A stretch of 43,832 bases of DNA from a virus (taxonomy: Duplodnaviria > Caudoviricetes): positions 1 to 43,832 of IMG/VR virus record IMGVR_UViG_3300037797_000034; one strand, given 5' to 3'. This document shows, in pieces, positions 1 to 10,428 of this stretch (its first letter is position 1; each line of letters opens with the position of its first letter). Position numbers and translations under genes: made by a program. The notes under the pieces were generated by a model. The model was not told the DNA's origin. It searched no databases and saw nothing but the letters and a program-made list of their open reading frames with translations.

Positions 1-123
1 CGAGAACAGCATCAAGATCGAGGGCGCCGCCCAGTCGATGGGCGACACGGTCCGCGGTGCGCTGGCCAATGCGGAGACCGCGCTGGCCAGGGTTGGCGCG
101 GCGCTTCTGGACGACTTCGTGCC
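1..123. repeat. Terminal direct repeat (circular assembly overlap), copy 1
   Basis: 1-123 matches 43710-43832 except one base (G9 vs A43718); reading frame is continuous across the junction. Confidence 0.95.
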
Positions 124-1309
124 GGCCATCAAGGAGGGCGCCGAAGCCTTCAAGGACTTCGGCAACGTTGCGATCGACGCCTTGGGCGAGGTGGATCGGT
201 TTGCCGAAAAGACCGGGCTGGAGAAGGCCAAGGATAAGATCAAAGATTTCAACGTCACCGGCGCCGAGGCGTTCGGAAACCTCGCCGACTCGGCGAGCAA
301 GTCCAACAACGCCATTGAGGGTTTCTTCGAGGAAGTCTTCGGTGTCCATAACGTCTCGCTGATGACTTTGATGGCTGATGAGACCGAGGGCGCAGCCAAT
401 GCAACCGGCTATTTCGGCGAGGTGGCCGCCAATGTCCGCACCAAGGTCGAGGAACTCATCCCGGCCGCCAGTGGGGCAGCCGAAGCGCTCGGCGAGAACG
501 CGGCCAGCGCAGAGGCGGCGAACGCGCACCTGGGCGCCTACCTGGAGACGCTGCAGCGGGCCACCGACCCCGTGTACGCACTGAATGCCGCCATCGAGGA
601 CGTTGACGCCGCGCATGCCGCCTACGATGCGACCCTGGCGGACTCGACATCCACCCAGGCCGACGTGGAAGCCGCAGCGCTCAAGGTCGCCCAGGCGGTA
701 TCTAAGGCTGAGGCCGCTGCCATCAACGGTGACCTGTCGTTCGCGGATTTCGACGCCAAACTGCGGGGATGGGTCGCATCCGGTGTCATCACCGCTAGGC
801 AGGCCGACAACATCCGCAGCCGAGTGAGCGGCCTCACCGCCACGGCGAAGGCTTACGAGGGGAACTACAACGCCACCGTGACTGCGGACACGAGCGGCGC
901 CTACACCGAGGTGGCGGGCCTGGTGCGGTGGATCGGCAGCCGTCGCGCCACCATCGGGGTGAACATCCGTCAGTTCGGCGGCGGCGCGCTGGAGTTCCAC
1001 GAGGGTGGGATCATCCCCCGCGCGCACTCGGGCATGATGCTCGGTGGCTTGAGTTCCGACGAGCGGATCGTGATCGGTCAGACCGGTGAGCGGATCCTGT
1101 CCCGGAAGCAGACCGACGCGTTCCACGAGCTGATGTCCGACATGGGCCGGCCGACTGGAGGATCGGCCCGCCGGCCGTCCGACGGTGGCGGGCTCGACTA
1201 TGACAAACAGGCTGAGGCGTTCGTTCGGGCGATGCGCCGCGCCGGGATCGTGATGCCACGCACCGACATAGCCCGCCGTGCCGACCTGATCTCAAGGGGT
1301 GGCGGCTAG
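1..1309 (+). CDS. Tape measure protein, C-terminal part (continues from 43054; ~654 aa total)
   Basis: Ala-rich helical ORF with FHEGG...GERIL motif near the end; in frame with the ORF starting at 43054. Confidence 0.88.
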   Translation, partial: ENSIKIEGAAQSMGDTVRGALANAETALARVGAALLDDFVPAIKEGAEAFKDFGNVAIDALGEVDRFAEKTGLEKAKDKIKDFNVTGAEAFGNLADSASKSNNAIEGFFEEVFGVHNVSLMTLMADETEGAANATGYFGEVAANVRTKVEELIPAASGAAEALGENAASAEAANAHLGAYLETLQRATDPVYALNAAIEDVDAAHAAYDATLADSTSTQADVEAAALKVAQAVSKAEAAAINGDLSFADFDAKLRGWVASGVITARQADNIRSRVSGLTATAKAYEGNYNATVTADTSGAYTEVAGLVRWIGSRRATIGVNIRQFGGGALEFHEGGIIPRAHSGMMLGGLSSDERIVIGQTGERILSRKQTDAFHELMSDMGRPTGGSARRPSDGGGLDYDKQAEAFVRAMRRAGIVMPRTDIARRADLISRGGG

Positions 1310-2713
1310 ATGGCGTCGAGCCTGAAGTTCGTCAACTCGATCGCATCGAGTCCGACGACGCGGCTAGATCTGAACGACCGGACGACGTGGCGGCTGCACG
1401 CTGAGGGCACCAGGTTCCCGCCACCGCCGCTGGATCAAGCCATCGCCTCGACGTTGCTTCAGGACGGCGCGGTGATCCCGTCGTCCGCGTACGGGCTGCG
1501 AACCATCCAACTGGAACTGTCGGTGAACGCGGCCAGCGCGGACACGGCGGCAACTCAGCTGCAGAACTTCTACCGCGAGCTGGACCGGCCGAACAACTTC
1601 CTGCAGTGGCAGCAGGAGACGACGAACCCGGTGTTCTTCCGCACGTTCCGCACGTCGGCGGACGATGTGCTGGACCTGGGGAAGATCGACGGCACGCGGA
1701 AGCTGTTGTCGGTGGCGTTCCTGGCCGAGCCCTTCGCGTACGGTCTGCTGGAGACCCCGGTGTCGGGCGTCACGGTCAACACGGACCCGGCGAATGGCAC
1801 GAACGGCTGTTTCGTGGATGTGACCGGGGTGAAGGGGGATGTGGAGTCCCCGGCGATCATTCAGTGGCCGTCGTCGACGATCGTGGATGATCACGAGACG
1901 ATATTCGCGACGCGCCGCCGGGGCACCCCGTCGTCTGCGCCGTTCTTCGTCCAGGCCGAAGCGATGACGCAGGGCACGGACACCTCGACGCAGGCGAACG
2001 ACGCGAACTTCTCCGGGTCGGGGAACAACTATTCGCGGACCACGTTCGCCACGAACGCCACCATGGTCTCCCGGCTGCAAGTCACAACCGTGGGCACGGC
2101 GGGTGTGGATTTGCGCGGCACGTACCGGGTGCTCGTGCGGTACGACAAGAGCGCGTCCAACGACGGGATCAACCTGCAGTTGGTGTGGGGGCCGGACAGT
2201 TTCGGCACGGTGTTCAATGATTCGGTTGCCACGGCTAGCACGATCAGCACGACTACGGCCGATCTGGGTCTGATAAGCATCCCTAGCGGCATCGACCCGG
2301 TGTACGGCCCTGACGGTGTCGAGTTGGCGGTGTCGAACACGTGCCTGCTGCAATTGCGGGCCGAGCGGACGTCGGGTTCGGGGACGATCGACTTCGATTT
2401 CCTGATGCTGGTCCCGGCGGACGACCGGTTGGGGATCGTGCATTGGGATGACGGTTCGTCGTCGCCGACGGATCATTGGATGCTGGATGCGAACGGCACG
2501 GTGTCGCATGCGCGGAACTCCTCCGGTGAGGTGATCGGCACGGCGGCGCCGTGGATCTCCGGCGGGTTGCCGTTCCTGACGCCGAACCAGACGAACCGGA
2601 TCATCATGCTGCGCTCGACGCGACCGAGCGACACATGGTCGTTGACCACGGTGACGCCGGTGTCGGTGAGCTATCACCCCAGGTATTTGACCGTTCGCCC
2701 GGCGAGCACCTGA
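1310..2713 (+). CDS. Minor tail protein (distal-tail-like)
   Basis: Immediately after the tape measure; beta-rich; AEPFAYG motif. Confidence 0.7.
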   Translation: MASSLKFVNSIASSPTTRLDLNDRTTWRLHAEGTRFPPPPLDQAIASTLLQDGAVIPSSAYGLRTIQLELSVNAASADTAATQLQNFYRELDRPNNFLQWQQETTNPVFFRTFRTSADDVLDLGKIDGTRKLLSVAFLAEPFAYGLLETPVSGVTVNTDPANGTNGCFVDVTGVKGDVESPAIIQWPSSTIVDDHETIFATRRRGTPSSAPFFVQAEAMTQGTDTSTQANDANFSGSGNNYSRTTFATNATMVSRLQVTTVGTAGVDLRGTYRVLVRYDKSASNDGINLQLVWGPDSFGTVFNDSVATASTISTTTADLGLISIPSGIDPVYGPDGVELAVSNTCLLQLRAERTSGSGTIDFDFLMLVPADDRLGIVHWDDGSSSPTDHWMLDANGTVSHARNSSGEVIGTAAPWISGGLPFLTPNQTNRIIMLRSTRPSDTWSLTTVTPVSVSYHPRYLTVRPAST

Positions 2714-4347
2714 TGACGCTGCCGATCCCGGTGTCGGTGCAGCTCTCGAATGGCCGGGCCGTCAAGCACATCGGGCGCGAGCTGAGGTCGCTGAACTACG
2801 GTGCGGTGATGCTGCCCGGCGGCGGCGGGTACGCCTCTGCCACGTTCGGTCTGGACCGGCCGCTGGCCTTCTCGCCGGATGAGCTGGCGTACTACACCGA
2901 CGTCGACGCGTACGACATGCGTAACGGCGGATGCGTGTGGTGCGGCCGGTTGGAGGATCCGGGCCGGGGCGTCGGGTCGGACGGCCAGATATGGGAGCTC
3001 TCGGCGGTCGGCGGGTCGGCGCACCTGCGGGACCGCACGGTGCCGCTGGTGTACGTGGACAAGCGGATCGACTCGTGGCAGCAGTTCTCCACCTCGATCA
3101 AGTCTGCGCGGTGGGACACCCAGGTCGACGGGAACGGCGCGGACTATCTGCAGGGTGTGTTCCAAGAGGGCATCACCATCGTCACGAACGATGACCTGAC
3201 GCTGGTGTACCGGCCCATCAACGAGGCCGGGGCCACGCTGGGCCGGGTGCGGGTGGCGGTCACCAACGGCGCCAGCTCCTCGTCGTGGAAGAACCGGCTG
3301 CTGACCACGCAGGGCGCCGGGTCCACCACCGTGCATGAGTTGGACTGGTCCACCACAACGGCGACGCTGGAAGGCTCGTCCGGCGGCGCGAACGCCATCC
3401 CGGCCGGGGATCATACGGCGTTTCTGCGGTTCGTGCGCACCGGGGCGAACACCGTGCTGGGGAACAATGCTTTCGGGAACCTGCAGAACTTCACGGTCAT
3501 GGTTCGTCGGCTCAAGGCCGACGGCACCACCGTCACCAGCGGCTACACCTCGGACACCATGACCGCCGATCTGATCGTCAGGGACATGCTGGGTCGGTTC
3601 CTCACCGAGTACGACGGGGCCAACGCCACCATAGCGACCACGTCGTTCGGCATCGAACAGTTCCTCAAGCAGGACGGCACCGACGCCTCCGGGGTGCTGG
3701 AGGATCTGGCGCTGCTGGAGCCTGACTACTACTTCGCCGCGTGGGACCGCAACACCGCCGGCAAATACAACGTGGAATACACGCAGTGGCCGACCACGGT
3801 GGACCTGGAAGCCGGGCTGGCCGACGGGTACACCTCCACCGGGTCGAGCGGGGGCCTGTACAACGCGGTGTCGGTGGTGTGGCGCGACGGCGGCGGGAAG
3901 CTGCGCCGCACCCGCACCACGGCCACGGTGCCGGAGCTGGATTTCACCCGCGAGGCCCGGCTGAACCTTCAGGACGAGCTGGCGTCGTCGGCCAACGCCA
4001 CCCAGATCGGCACGGCGTTCCTGAACGAGCACGCGAAGCCGCAGAACCAAGGCCAGTTGACGATCGCCCGCCCGATCTACAGCCACAGCCTGGGCCGATC
4101 ATTGATGCCGTGGGAGCTGCCGAGGCACGCGCCGGGGAAGCTGCTCCGCATCCGCGACGTCGCCCCGTCGACGGCCTCGTTGAGTGCGACCGCCCCGGAC
4201 GGGGTGTCGGTGTTCAAGGTGGTCGGCGCCACGTACAACACAGACAGCGCGTCGGCGACGCTGGATCTGGATTCGCAGCCGCGGACGGTGGCGCACCTGC
4301 TGGCGCGGGCGGCGACCCGGCCCGGACGGCGGCAGTTGCCGAAATAG
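2713..4347 (+). CDS. Minor tail protein (baseplate hub-like)
   Basis: TGATG coupling at 2711-2715; VWCGRLE motif; synteny. Confidence 0.7.
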   Translation: MTLPIPVSVQLSNGRAVKHIGRELRSLNYGAVMLPGGGGYASATFGLDRPLAFSPDELAYYTDVDAYDMRNGGCVWCGRLEDPGRGVGSDGQIWELSAVGGSAHLRDRTVPLVYVDKRIDSWQQFSTSIKSARWDTQVDGNGADYLQGVFQEGITIVTNDDLTLVYRPINEAGATLGRVRVAVTNGASSSSWKNRLLTTQGAGSTTVHELDWSTTTATLEGSSGGANAIPAGDHTAFLRFVRTGANTVLGNNAFGNLQNFTVMVRRLKADGTTVTSGYTSDTMTADLIVRDMLGRFLTEYDGANATIATTSFGIEQFLKQDGTDASGVLEDLALLEPDYYFAAWDRNTAGKYNVEYTQWPTTVDLEAGLADGYTSTGSSGGLYNAVSVVWRDGGGKLRRTRTTATVPELDFTREARLNLQDELASSANATQIGTAFLNEHAKPQNQGQLTIARPIYSHSLGRSLMPWELPRHAPGKLLRIRDVAPSTASLSATAPDGVSVFKVVGATYNTDSASATLDLDSQPRTVAHLLARAATRPGRRQLPK

Positions 4348-4362
4348 AGCAAGGGGGAAAGC

Positions 4363-4587
4363 ATGGCTGACATCAAGCCTGGCGACATCGTGGACTGGCC
4401 CGACCACGGGCAGTTCGTGGTGGTCGACACCGCAGATTACCGCGACGACGAGCACCCGGGTGATCTGTTCTGCCCGCTGCGGTACCAGGACGGCGACCCG
4501 CGGCGCGAGTTGAACCCCGACGGCTCGGACGCGATCGTCGACGCGCCGCGCGCTGGCGAGTTGACCGTGATCGGGCACATCTCGTGA
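4363..4587 (+). CDS. Hypothetical protein
   Basis: Purine-rich RBS; overlaps the endolysin start (GTGA). Confidence 0.65.
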   Translation: MADIKPGDIVDWPDHGQFVVVDTADYRDDEHPGDLFCPLRYQDGDPRRELNPDGSDAIVDAPRAGELTVIGHIS

Positions 4588-5546
4588 CCACGATCGCGGA
4601 GCAGCGCCAGAAGTGGAACGCCGTACCAGGCCGCCCGCCGATTCGGCTGCGTTCGCAGTGGGGTGCCAAGCGGTCCTACACCGACGCGCGCACCGTCACC
4701 GAGCCGGCGACCCGGCTTTTCTGTCACATCACGGTGACGAACCCGGCCAACTACAAGGGCAACGACGCGCACGCCCAGGCGATCGAGCGGATCGGCATCA
4801 GCCGGTTCCCGGCCACGGGCATCTCCTACAACTGGCTGGTCATGCCGGACGGCTCGCTGTACGAGGCGCAGCCTGTCGGGCGGCGTGGCGCGCACACCGT
4901 CAACGACTTCAAGCGCTCGACCTGTCTGACCACCGGCTGCCCCGGCCGCGGGTCGTCGCTGACCGCGCCGTCGTGGAACCTGAACTACAACGCGCGCGCG
5001 ATCGCGTTCTGCGGCCTCGAGTCCACCCCGGTGTCCGACGCCGTGGTCGAGACGTTCGCCCGCACCATCTACACCGCGTACAAGGCCGGGTTCATCACCA
5101 AGGCCGCGGCGCAGAACATCCACGGCCATCGCTGCTGCTCGTCGAAGTCGTGCCCCGGTAACCGGATGTGGGCGCGGATGAAGGACATCCAGGCCCGCGT
5201 GAACCAGCTGATCGCAGGCGCACCACTCCCGCCACCCCCGCCCCCACCTGTGGAGGAAGACATGCCTTTGACCTCTGACGACGCCGAGACCGTATGGACG
5301 GCGAAGCTGTTCAAGGAGTACGTGGACGAGGATGCCGACGGGACGCTAGAGGCCCGCACCCCGGCGGACATCCTGTACTCCACGCACAAGCTGGCCTACC
5401 TGGCCGCGAACCCGAACATCGACGCGCTGGCCGCGGCGATCGTGGCGAAGTTCCCGAACGCCGGGTCCGGCTCGATCGACCTGGCGACGGTGAAGGCCGG
5501 TGTGATCGAGGCCCTGCGTGAGGGTGTCGGGGATGCCCCGGCGTGA
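4584..5546 (+). CDS. Endolysin, N-acetylmuramoyl-L-alanine amidase (Amidase_2-like)
   Basis: CHIT, GISYNWLV, GAHT, GHR..CPG zinc-amidase motifs; poly-Pro linker. Confidence 0.88.
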   Translation: MTTIAEQRQKWNAVPGRPPIRLRSQWGAKRSYTDARTVTEPATRLFCHITVTNPANYKGNDAHAQAIERIGISRFPATGISYNWLVMPDGSLYEAQPVGRRGAHTVNDFKRSTCLTTGCPGRGSSLTAPSWNLNYNARAIAFCGLESTPVSDAVVETFARTIYTAYKAGFITKAAAQNIHGHRCCSSKSCPGNRMWARMKDIQARVNQLIAGAPLPPPPPPPVEEDMPLTSDDAETVWTAKLFKEYVDEDADGTLEARTPADILYSTHKLAYLAANPNIDALAAAIVAKFPNAGSGSIDLATVKAGVIEALREGVGDAPA

Positions 5547-5590
5547 GGTGGCCGCGGAGGTCGCCGTCCTGATCGTCTACTTCGTGGTGG

Positions 5591-5812
5591 GTGTTGCGAG
5601 CCGTGGAATCGAGCAACTCAAGACTCGGCTACGCCGCGCCTGAGCGCGGCGTGTGTCAGGTGTGCGGGCGGGAGCGTCCGCTGGCGTTCGGCACCGGCAT
5701 GGTGAAGCGGCACCGCGTCGGCGGGGAGCCGTGCCCGGGGGGTGCCCGGCCGCCGGCCGAGAGCAGGGCCGAGCAGGCCGAGCAGACGATACAAACCGAC
5801 GAGCGACTCTGA
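5591..5812 (+). CDS. Small Cys-containing hypothetical protein (start uncertain)
   Basis: CQVC...H...C motif; fills the gap in the operon. Confidence 0.4.
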   Translation: MLRAVESSNSRLGYAAPERGVCQVCGRERPLAFGTGMVKRHRVGGEPCPGGARPPAESRAEQAEQTIQTDERL

Positions 5813-5830
5813 GCGGGGGGGAGCAAATGC

Positions 5831-6226
5831 GTGGAGCTTCCAGAATGGTCCACCCTGATCCCCGGCGCGGGCTTCTTCGGGCTGCTGGTCTTCCTGGTCG
5901 TCCATCTCATGCGCCAGGCATCCGGTGACCGCGGCGACTATCAGCAGGTGCTGCGCGGTCTCCGCGAGCAGCACACCGCCGAGCTGAAAGAAGAACGTGA
6001 GCGGCACACTTCGGAGACCAAGGCGCTCACCGCCCGGCATGACGCCCAGATCCAGGACCTCCGCTCGCAGATAGGTGTGCTGCGGGCCGAGGTCATCGAC
6101 CTTCGCGAAGATGTCGAGCAGGAGCGGCAGGCTCGATGGGCTGCCGAGGACGCCGCCGCTCGCTACCGGCGCATGGTCGACGGTGGCGGGGACGCTGTAG
6201 AGGGCGGTACGGATGAGCGCACGTAA
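5831..6226 (+). CDS. Lysis-cassette membrane protein (N-terminal TM, coiled coil)
   Basis: Hydrophobic [11 protein letters not shown] followed by a heptad region. Confidence 0.7.
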   Translation: MELPEWSTLIPGAGFFGLLVFLVVHLMRQASGDRGDYQQVLRGLREQHTAELKEERERHTSETKALTARHDAQIQDLRSQIGVLRAEVIDLREDVEQERQARWAAEDAAARYRRMVDGGGDAVEGGTDERT

Positions 6227-6872
6227 CCAACTGCCCGCCATTCGCGGTAACCGGCTGACGGTCGTCCTGCTTATCCTGCTGTTGCTGCTGGTCGGGTGGA
6301 TTCTGTTCGACCGCGCCACGACCGAGCGGTCCGCCGAGCTGGCAGCCGACAACGCCGCGTCGATCGCCACTCAGGTTCGCGCCGCATGTGAGCGCCGCGG
6401 CCTGACGGCCGTAGAGCTAGGCGATCTGTGCCGTCAGGCCAAGGAGGTGGAGTCCCGACCGGCTGAGGTGATTCCCGGGCCACCAGGTCCGGCAGGGCCA
6501 CCCGGCAGGGATTCCACCGTTCCCGGCCCGACCGGTCCGCGAGGCTTTCCCGGCTCGATGGGCATCCAAGGTCCGCCCGGGCCGCCGGGCGCCAGCATCA
6601 CCGGCCCACAAGGCCCCGCTGGGGAGAGTGTCCAGGGGCCGCAGGGACCTGCTGGGGAGACTGGCGCGCCCGGGCCGCAGGGGGAACCCGGCACGAATGG
6701 CGCGAACGGTGACACCGGCCCGCAGGGTCCCACTGGTCCTGCTGGGGAGTCCGGCCCGGCCTGCCCGAACGACGCCGACCCGATTGAATGGACCGTCACC
6801 GACCCGCAGGCCGCGTTGATCGGCCTGACCGAGGGCACGTACCTGATCTGTCCCGCACCTGAGGAGTCCTGA
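6213..6872 (+). CDS. Membrane-anchored collagen-like (Gly-X-Y) protein
   Basis: TM helix plus a long interrupted GPx repeat region. Confidence 0.85.
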   Translation: MSARNQLPAIRGNRLTVVLLILLLLLVGWILFDRATTERSAELAADNAASIATQVRAACERRGLTAVELGDLCRQAKEVESRPAEVIPGPPGPAGPPGRDSTVPGPTGPRGFPGSMGIQGPPGPPGASITGPQGPAGESVQGPQGPAGETGAPGPQGEPGTNGANGDTGPQGPTGPAGESGPACPNDADPIEWTVTDPQAALIGLTEGTYLICPAPEES

Positions 6873-7009
6873 TGTTCGCCGTAATCGCCGCTGTGCTCAT
6901 CTTCCTCGCCGCCGTCGGTGTCAGCGCCGACGCCGTCGACCTGTTCCTGCTGGGGCTCGCGTTCCTGGCGCTGCACTTCGCCTGGGACTTCACTCCCTGG
7001 CACAGATGA
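6872..7009 (+). CDS. Small 2-TM membrane protein (45 aa)
   Basis: TGATG coupling; [16 protein letters not shown]...; not in the ORF track. Confidence 0.6.
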   Translation: MFAVIAAVLIFLAAVGVSADAVDLFLLGLAFLALHFAWDFTPWHR

Positions 7010-7022
7010 AGGGGGATTCACC

Positions 7023-7259
7023 ATGTGGTCTGCTGCTTTCTGGAAGGCATCCGCCGAGCGCGCGGTCAAGACGTTCGCCCAGGCATTTGCCGCGTACCTG
7101 GTCGCTGAAGCGACCGGAATCCTGGACATCGACTGGACGACCGGCGCGTCGGTGGCCGGCCTGGCCACGCTGCTGTCCGTGCTCACCTCGGTCGGATCGG
7201 ACGTGGTCACGTCTACGCCAGGGCCGTCGCTGACCAACTCCGAGACGCTCAGTGGCTGA
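7023..7259 (+). CDS. Holin, r1t-like
   Basis: FWKASAERAVKTFAQA signature; two TM segments. Confidence 0.85.
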   Translation: MWSAAFWKASAERAVKTFAQAFAAYLVAEATGILDIDWTTGASVAGLATLLSVLTSVGSDVVTSTPGPSLTNSETLSG

Positions 7260-7587
7260 CGGCATCCGCATCCAGCCGCAGCGGGCCCGGCTCGCCGCCG
7301 AAGGCATCACCGACGTTGCCGGCCGGTTGTTCGTCGTCCGTGACGTGTCCCGCCCGCTCCCCCCCGGCGACCCCTGCGGCACCTGCGGCTACCCGCACGA
7401 CTGCAAGACCTACCACCTCAAGCTCGACGCCGAAGGCACGATCATCGTCTCGACCACGGTCTGGGCGAACATGCGCAAGCTGTTCGACAACGGCGGCTTC
7501 GAGGAAGTGAACGTGGTAGGCAAGCCGCCAACCCAGGGCATCATCCTGCCGCCGGCAACCGTCAGCATCACCCCCGCGAGAATGTAG
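7252..7587 (+). CDS. Hypothetical protein with CxxC..H motif
   Basis: Overlaps the holin stop; GC3-biased codons. Confidence 0.65.
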   Translation: MADGIRIQPQRARLAAEGITDVAGRLFVVRDVSRPLPPGDPCGTCGYPHDCKTYHLKLDAEGTIIVSTTVWANMRKLFDNGGFEEVNVVGKPPTQGIILPPATVSITPARM

Positions 7588-7596
7588 GAGACTCAC

Positions 7597-8031
7597 ATGG
7601 CGACGATCATCCACACCAACTGGCTCGACCTGATGCTCGGCGCCGGTGCCCATTCCCTGCCGGACTTCGACGCCGACGACATCGAGGCCGCGCTGCTCGA
7701 CGCGACGGACGTCCCCGGCGGCGCGGTCAGCGGGTCCACGGACGTCGACTACGCCGACGTCGAAGCCGGCCTGATCGTCGCCGGGGCTCAGGCGGATGTC
7801 CCCGGAGGTACCGCTTCCGGTGGGGTGGTGACCCTCTCGGGTGCGCTCACGTTCTCGGCGATCACGGGGGACGCGGCCGACTATCTGACTGTGTTCAAGA
7901 ACACCGGCACCTCGTCGACCAGCCCGTTGATGATCACCTGGGACAGCGCCTCGACCGGCCTGCCGGTCACTCCGAACGGGGGCGACATTACGGCGACCTG
8001 GGGCTCGAACATCCTCGTCACGCTGGCCTGA
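7597..8031 (+). CDS. Putative virion structural protein
   Basis: AGGAG RBS; GLPVTPNGGDIT motif typical of tail-associated proteins. Confidence 0.65.
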   Translation: MATIIHTNWLDLMLGAGAHSLPDFDADDIEAALLDATDVPGGAVSGSTDVDYADVEAGLIVAGAQADVPGGTASGGVVTLSGALTFSAITGDAADYLTVFKNTGTSSTSPLMITWDSASTGLPVTPNGGDITATWGSNILVTLA

Positions 8032-8057
8032 TCTTCGTCCGGCCGATTGGGTGGGAG

Positions 8058-8318
8058 GTGGTCGTCGTGGCGTACCGCATGGGCGACCCGGACCTGTCCG
8101 GCCGGTGTTTCCGCAACAGCCTGGTCCTGCACGTCAAGTGCAACGGTGAGCTGTTCACCCATCAGCGCGGCGGGGACCGGTACTGGTGCGCCTGCGAATG
8201 CCACGGCGAAAGGCCCCGCCCCGGCGGGAACCCGAATTCAATCGAGCGTCGCCGCTGGGACACCTGGCGCGCCGGGTACGACCGGCTCGTCGGCACCGCC
8301 GAGGATTTGCCGGCATGA
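8058..8318 (+). CDS. Hypothetical protein
   Basis: GGAGG upstream; ATGA overlap with the next gene. Confidence 0.5.
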   Translation: MVVVAYRMGDPDLSGRCFRNSLVLHVKCNGELFTHQRGGDRYWCACECHGERPRPGGNPNSIERRRWDTWRAGYDRLVGTAEDLPA

Positions 8319-10012
8319 CGTTCGCCGTCACCGCCCGGCACCTCGGGGACAACGGCACCTCGTCCAGCCAGACGGTGGCCACCGGTTCGACCACACCCAC
8401 GGCGGACAGCCTGTTCGTCGTCGGCTGGGGCTCTGAGGCGGACAGCAGCAATACGGCGGTGGCGATCCAGCCCCCGACCGGCGGGTCGCTGTCGTACACG
8501 CAGGTGGCGACGCTGGGTGAGGGCACCGGCGGTTCGGTGATCCCGTGGGACGGGGACAGCCGGTTCCGCCTCGGCATGGGCGTGTACCGGGCCGACGTGG
8601 GCGGCTCCCCGTCGGCGTTCGCGGTCACCTGCGACTCGTACTCGGGCACCACCACCGCGTTCTACGCGGCGGCGTGCTGCGACATCACCGGCCACGACAC
8701 CGACACCCCGGTCGTGCAGTCGGCGGCACTCGGCGCCACCAAGGGCGCTGGGGATTCGGAGACCGGCACCGTCGTGCTCGGCTCGACCCCCACGGCGGGG
8801 AACCTGATCCTGGTGATCGTGACGGCCGGGGCGGACGGCGGCGGCGGGTTCGCCTCCCCGACGGCCGGGTCCGGCAAGACGTTCACCCAGGTTCTCAACG
8901 ACCCGAACGCTTTCCAGCAGACCGCCATCTTCTACCGGGTCGCCGACGGCGCCGAGTCGACCACGATCACCTTCTCCGACCTCGGGCAGGGCGTCGGGCA
9001 TTACGGCGCGGTGGCCGTCGAGATCGCCGCGGAGAGCGGAGCCGGCGCACAGAGCATCACCCCCGACGCGGTCACCGTCACGGCCACCCCTGGGGCGCTC
9101 ACAGTCGCCCCAGGAGCGGTCGACATCACGCCCGCGGCTGTCACGGTCAACGCAACGCCGGGCACGCTCTCGCTGGCGCTGAACGCCGCACTGACCGGCC
9201 CTACAGTCAGCGTCACGCCGGGCACCGTCACGGTGGCGCCGGGCGCGGTGGACATCACCCCGGATCCGACCACGGTCACGGTCACGCCGGGCACGGTGAC
9301 GGTCGCCAACGCCGGTGGCGAAGCGCAGGAGATAATCCCGGGCGCGGTCACAGTCACAGCGACCGCCGGGACGCTGAGCCTGGATATGGCGGTCGAGCTT
9401 GACGCGGCCACCGTCAACATCACGCCAGGCACCCTGACGGTCACAACCGGCGCGGTCGACATCACGCCAGACCCGGTCACGGTGACCACCACCCCGGGCA
9501 GCCTCACGGTCACCCAGGGCGCCGTCGACATCACACCCGAGCCGGTCACGGTCACGATTACACCCGGCACGCTCACCGTCGACCAGTCCGTCACGCTCAC
9601 CGCACCAACTATCGATGTCACACCGGGCACGCTCGCCGTCGGCCAGGGCATCGTCGTATTCCCCGACGCCGTCACCGTCACAGCCACGCCGGGCACGTTG
9701 ACGATGAGCACCGGGGCCGTTGACATCATCCCCGACCCGGTCGCTGTCACCGCGACACCGGGAACCCTGGCCGTCGGGCTCGGCGTCGAACTCACCGCTC
9801 CCATCGTCACCGCCACCCCCGGCACGCTGACCGTCGCGGCCGGCGCCACCGGGATCACCCCGGAAGCCGTCACCGTGCAAGTCACGCCCGGCGTGCTGGT
9901 GCTCACTGGCGGCGACACCGCCGACCCGAACCCGATCCGGCTGACCTACCGCCAGCAGACCAGGCTCACCCACCGCGAGACCAGCACGCTCACCTATCGG
10001 GAGGTGCAGTGA
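8315..10012 (+). CDS. Tail fibre/spike-like protein with Thr/Val-rich tandem repeats
   Basis: About 13 repeats of VTVTxTPGTLTV; globular N-terminal domain. Confidence 0.7.
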   Translation: MTFAVTARHLGDNGTSSSQTVATGSTTPTADSLFVVGWGSEADSSNTAVAIQPPTGGSLSYTQVATLGEGTGGSVIPWDGDSRFRLGMGVYRADVGGSPSAFAVTCDSYSGTTTAFYAAACCDITGHDTDTPVVQSAALGATKGAGDSETGTVVLGSTPTAGNLILVIVTAGADGGGGFASPTAGSGKTFTQVLNDPNAFQQTAIFYRVADGAESTTITFSDLGQGVGHYGAVAVEIAAESGAGAQSITPDAVTVTATPGALTVAPGAVDITPAAVTVNATPGTLSLALNAALTGPTVSVTPGTVTVAPGAVDITPDPTTVTVTPGTVTVANAGGEAQEIIPGAVTVTATAGTLSLDMAVELDAATVNITPGTLTVTTGAVDITPDPVTVTTTPGSLTVTQGAVDITPEPVTVTITPGTLTVDQSVTLTAPTIDVTPGTLAVGQGIVVFPDAVTVTATPGTLTMSTGAVDIIPDPVAVTATPGTLAVGLGVELTAPIVTATPGTLTVAAGATGITPEAVTVQVTPGVLVLTGGDTADPNPIRLTYRQQTRLTHRETSTLTYREVQ

Positions 10013-10344
10013 CCACGCCCACCTACACCGTCGGCGACGAGTTCCCGTCCATCACCATCGACTGGTACGTCGACGGCGCTCTCGTCGACTTCTCCAGCGG
10101 CCACACCTTCCGGCTCCGCGTCGGTCGCGGTGACACCGCCGCGCTCGAGAAGACCACTGGCATCAGCGGTGCCGCCACCTCGCCCAACGTCACCATCGAC
10201 TGGTCCGCCGACGATCTCGACGACCTGACCGGCGGCCTGATCTACACGGCGCAGCTACGGGCCCGGCGCACGAGTGACAACAAGGACCGCACGTTCGTGT
10301 TCCGGTTGAACGTGAACCGCGAGATGGGCGCAGTGCCCGCATAG
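10009..10344 (+). CDS. Small Ig/BppU-like tail-associated protein
   Basis: GGAGG RBS; GTGA coupling; beta-rich. Confidence 0.6.
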   Translation: MTTPTYTVGDEFPSITIDWYVDGALVDFSSGHTFRLRVGRGDTAALEKTTGISGAATSPNVTIDWSADDLDDLTGGLIYTAQLRARRTSDNKDRTFVFRLNVNREMGAVPA

Positions 10345-10371
10345 GCGTCGCCGCTCCCCCAAGGCGACGAG

Positions 10372-10406
10372 TCCCCCCGGCCCCCACGCGGCCGGGGGGA
10401 TCTTTC
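10372..10406. terminator. Intrinsic terminator between convergent operons
   Basis: 11-bp stem TCCCCCCGGCC/GGCCGGGGGGA followed by TCTTTC. Confidence 0.75.
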
Positions 10407-10428
10407 GCATGCCCGGCGACGCCACCCC

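Noticed and set aside
1-123. Biological terminal repeat
   Set aside because: Falls mid-gene in the tape measure; best explained as assembly overlap
1364-9973. Long antisense ORFs (e.g. 1364-2677, 2674-4086, 8162-9973)
   Set aside because: Shadow frames of high-GC genes
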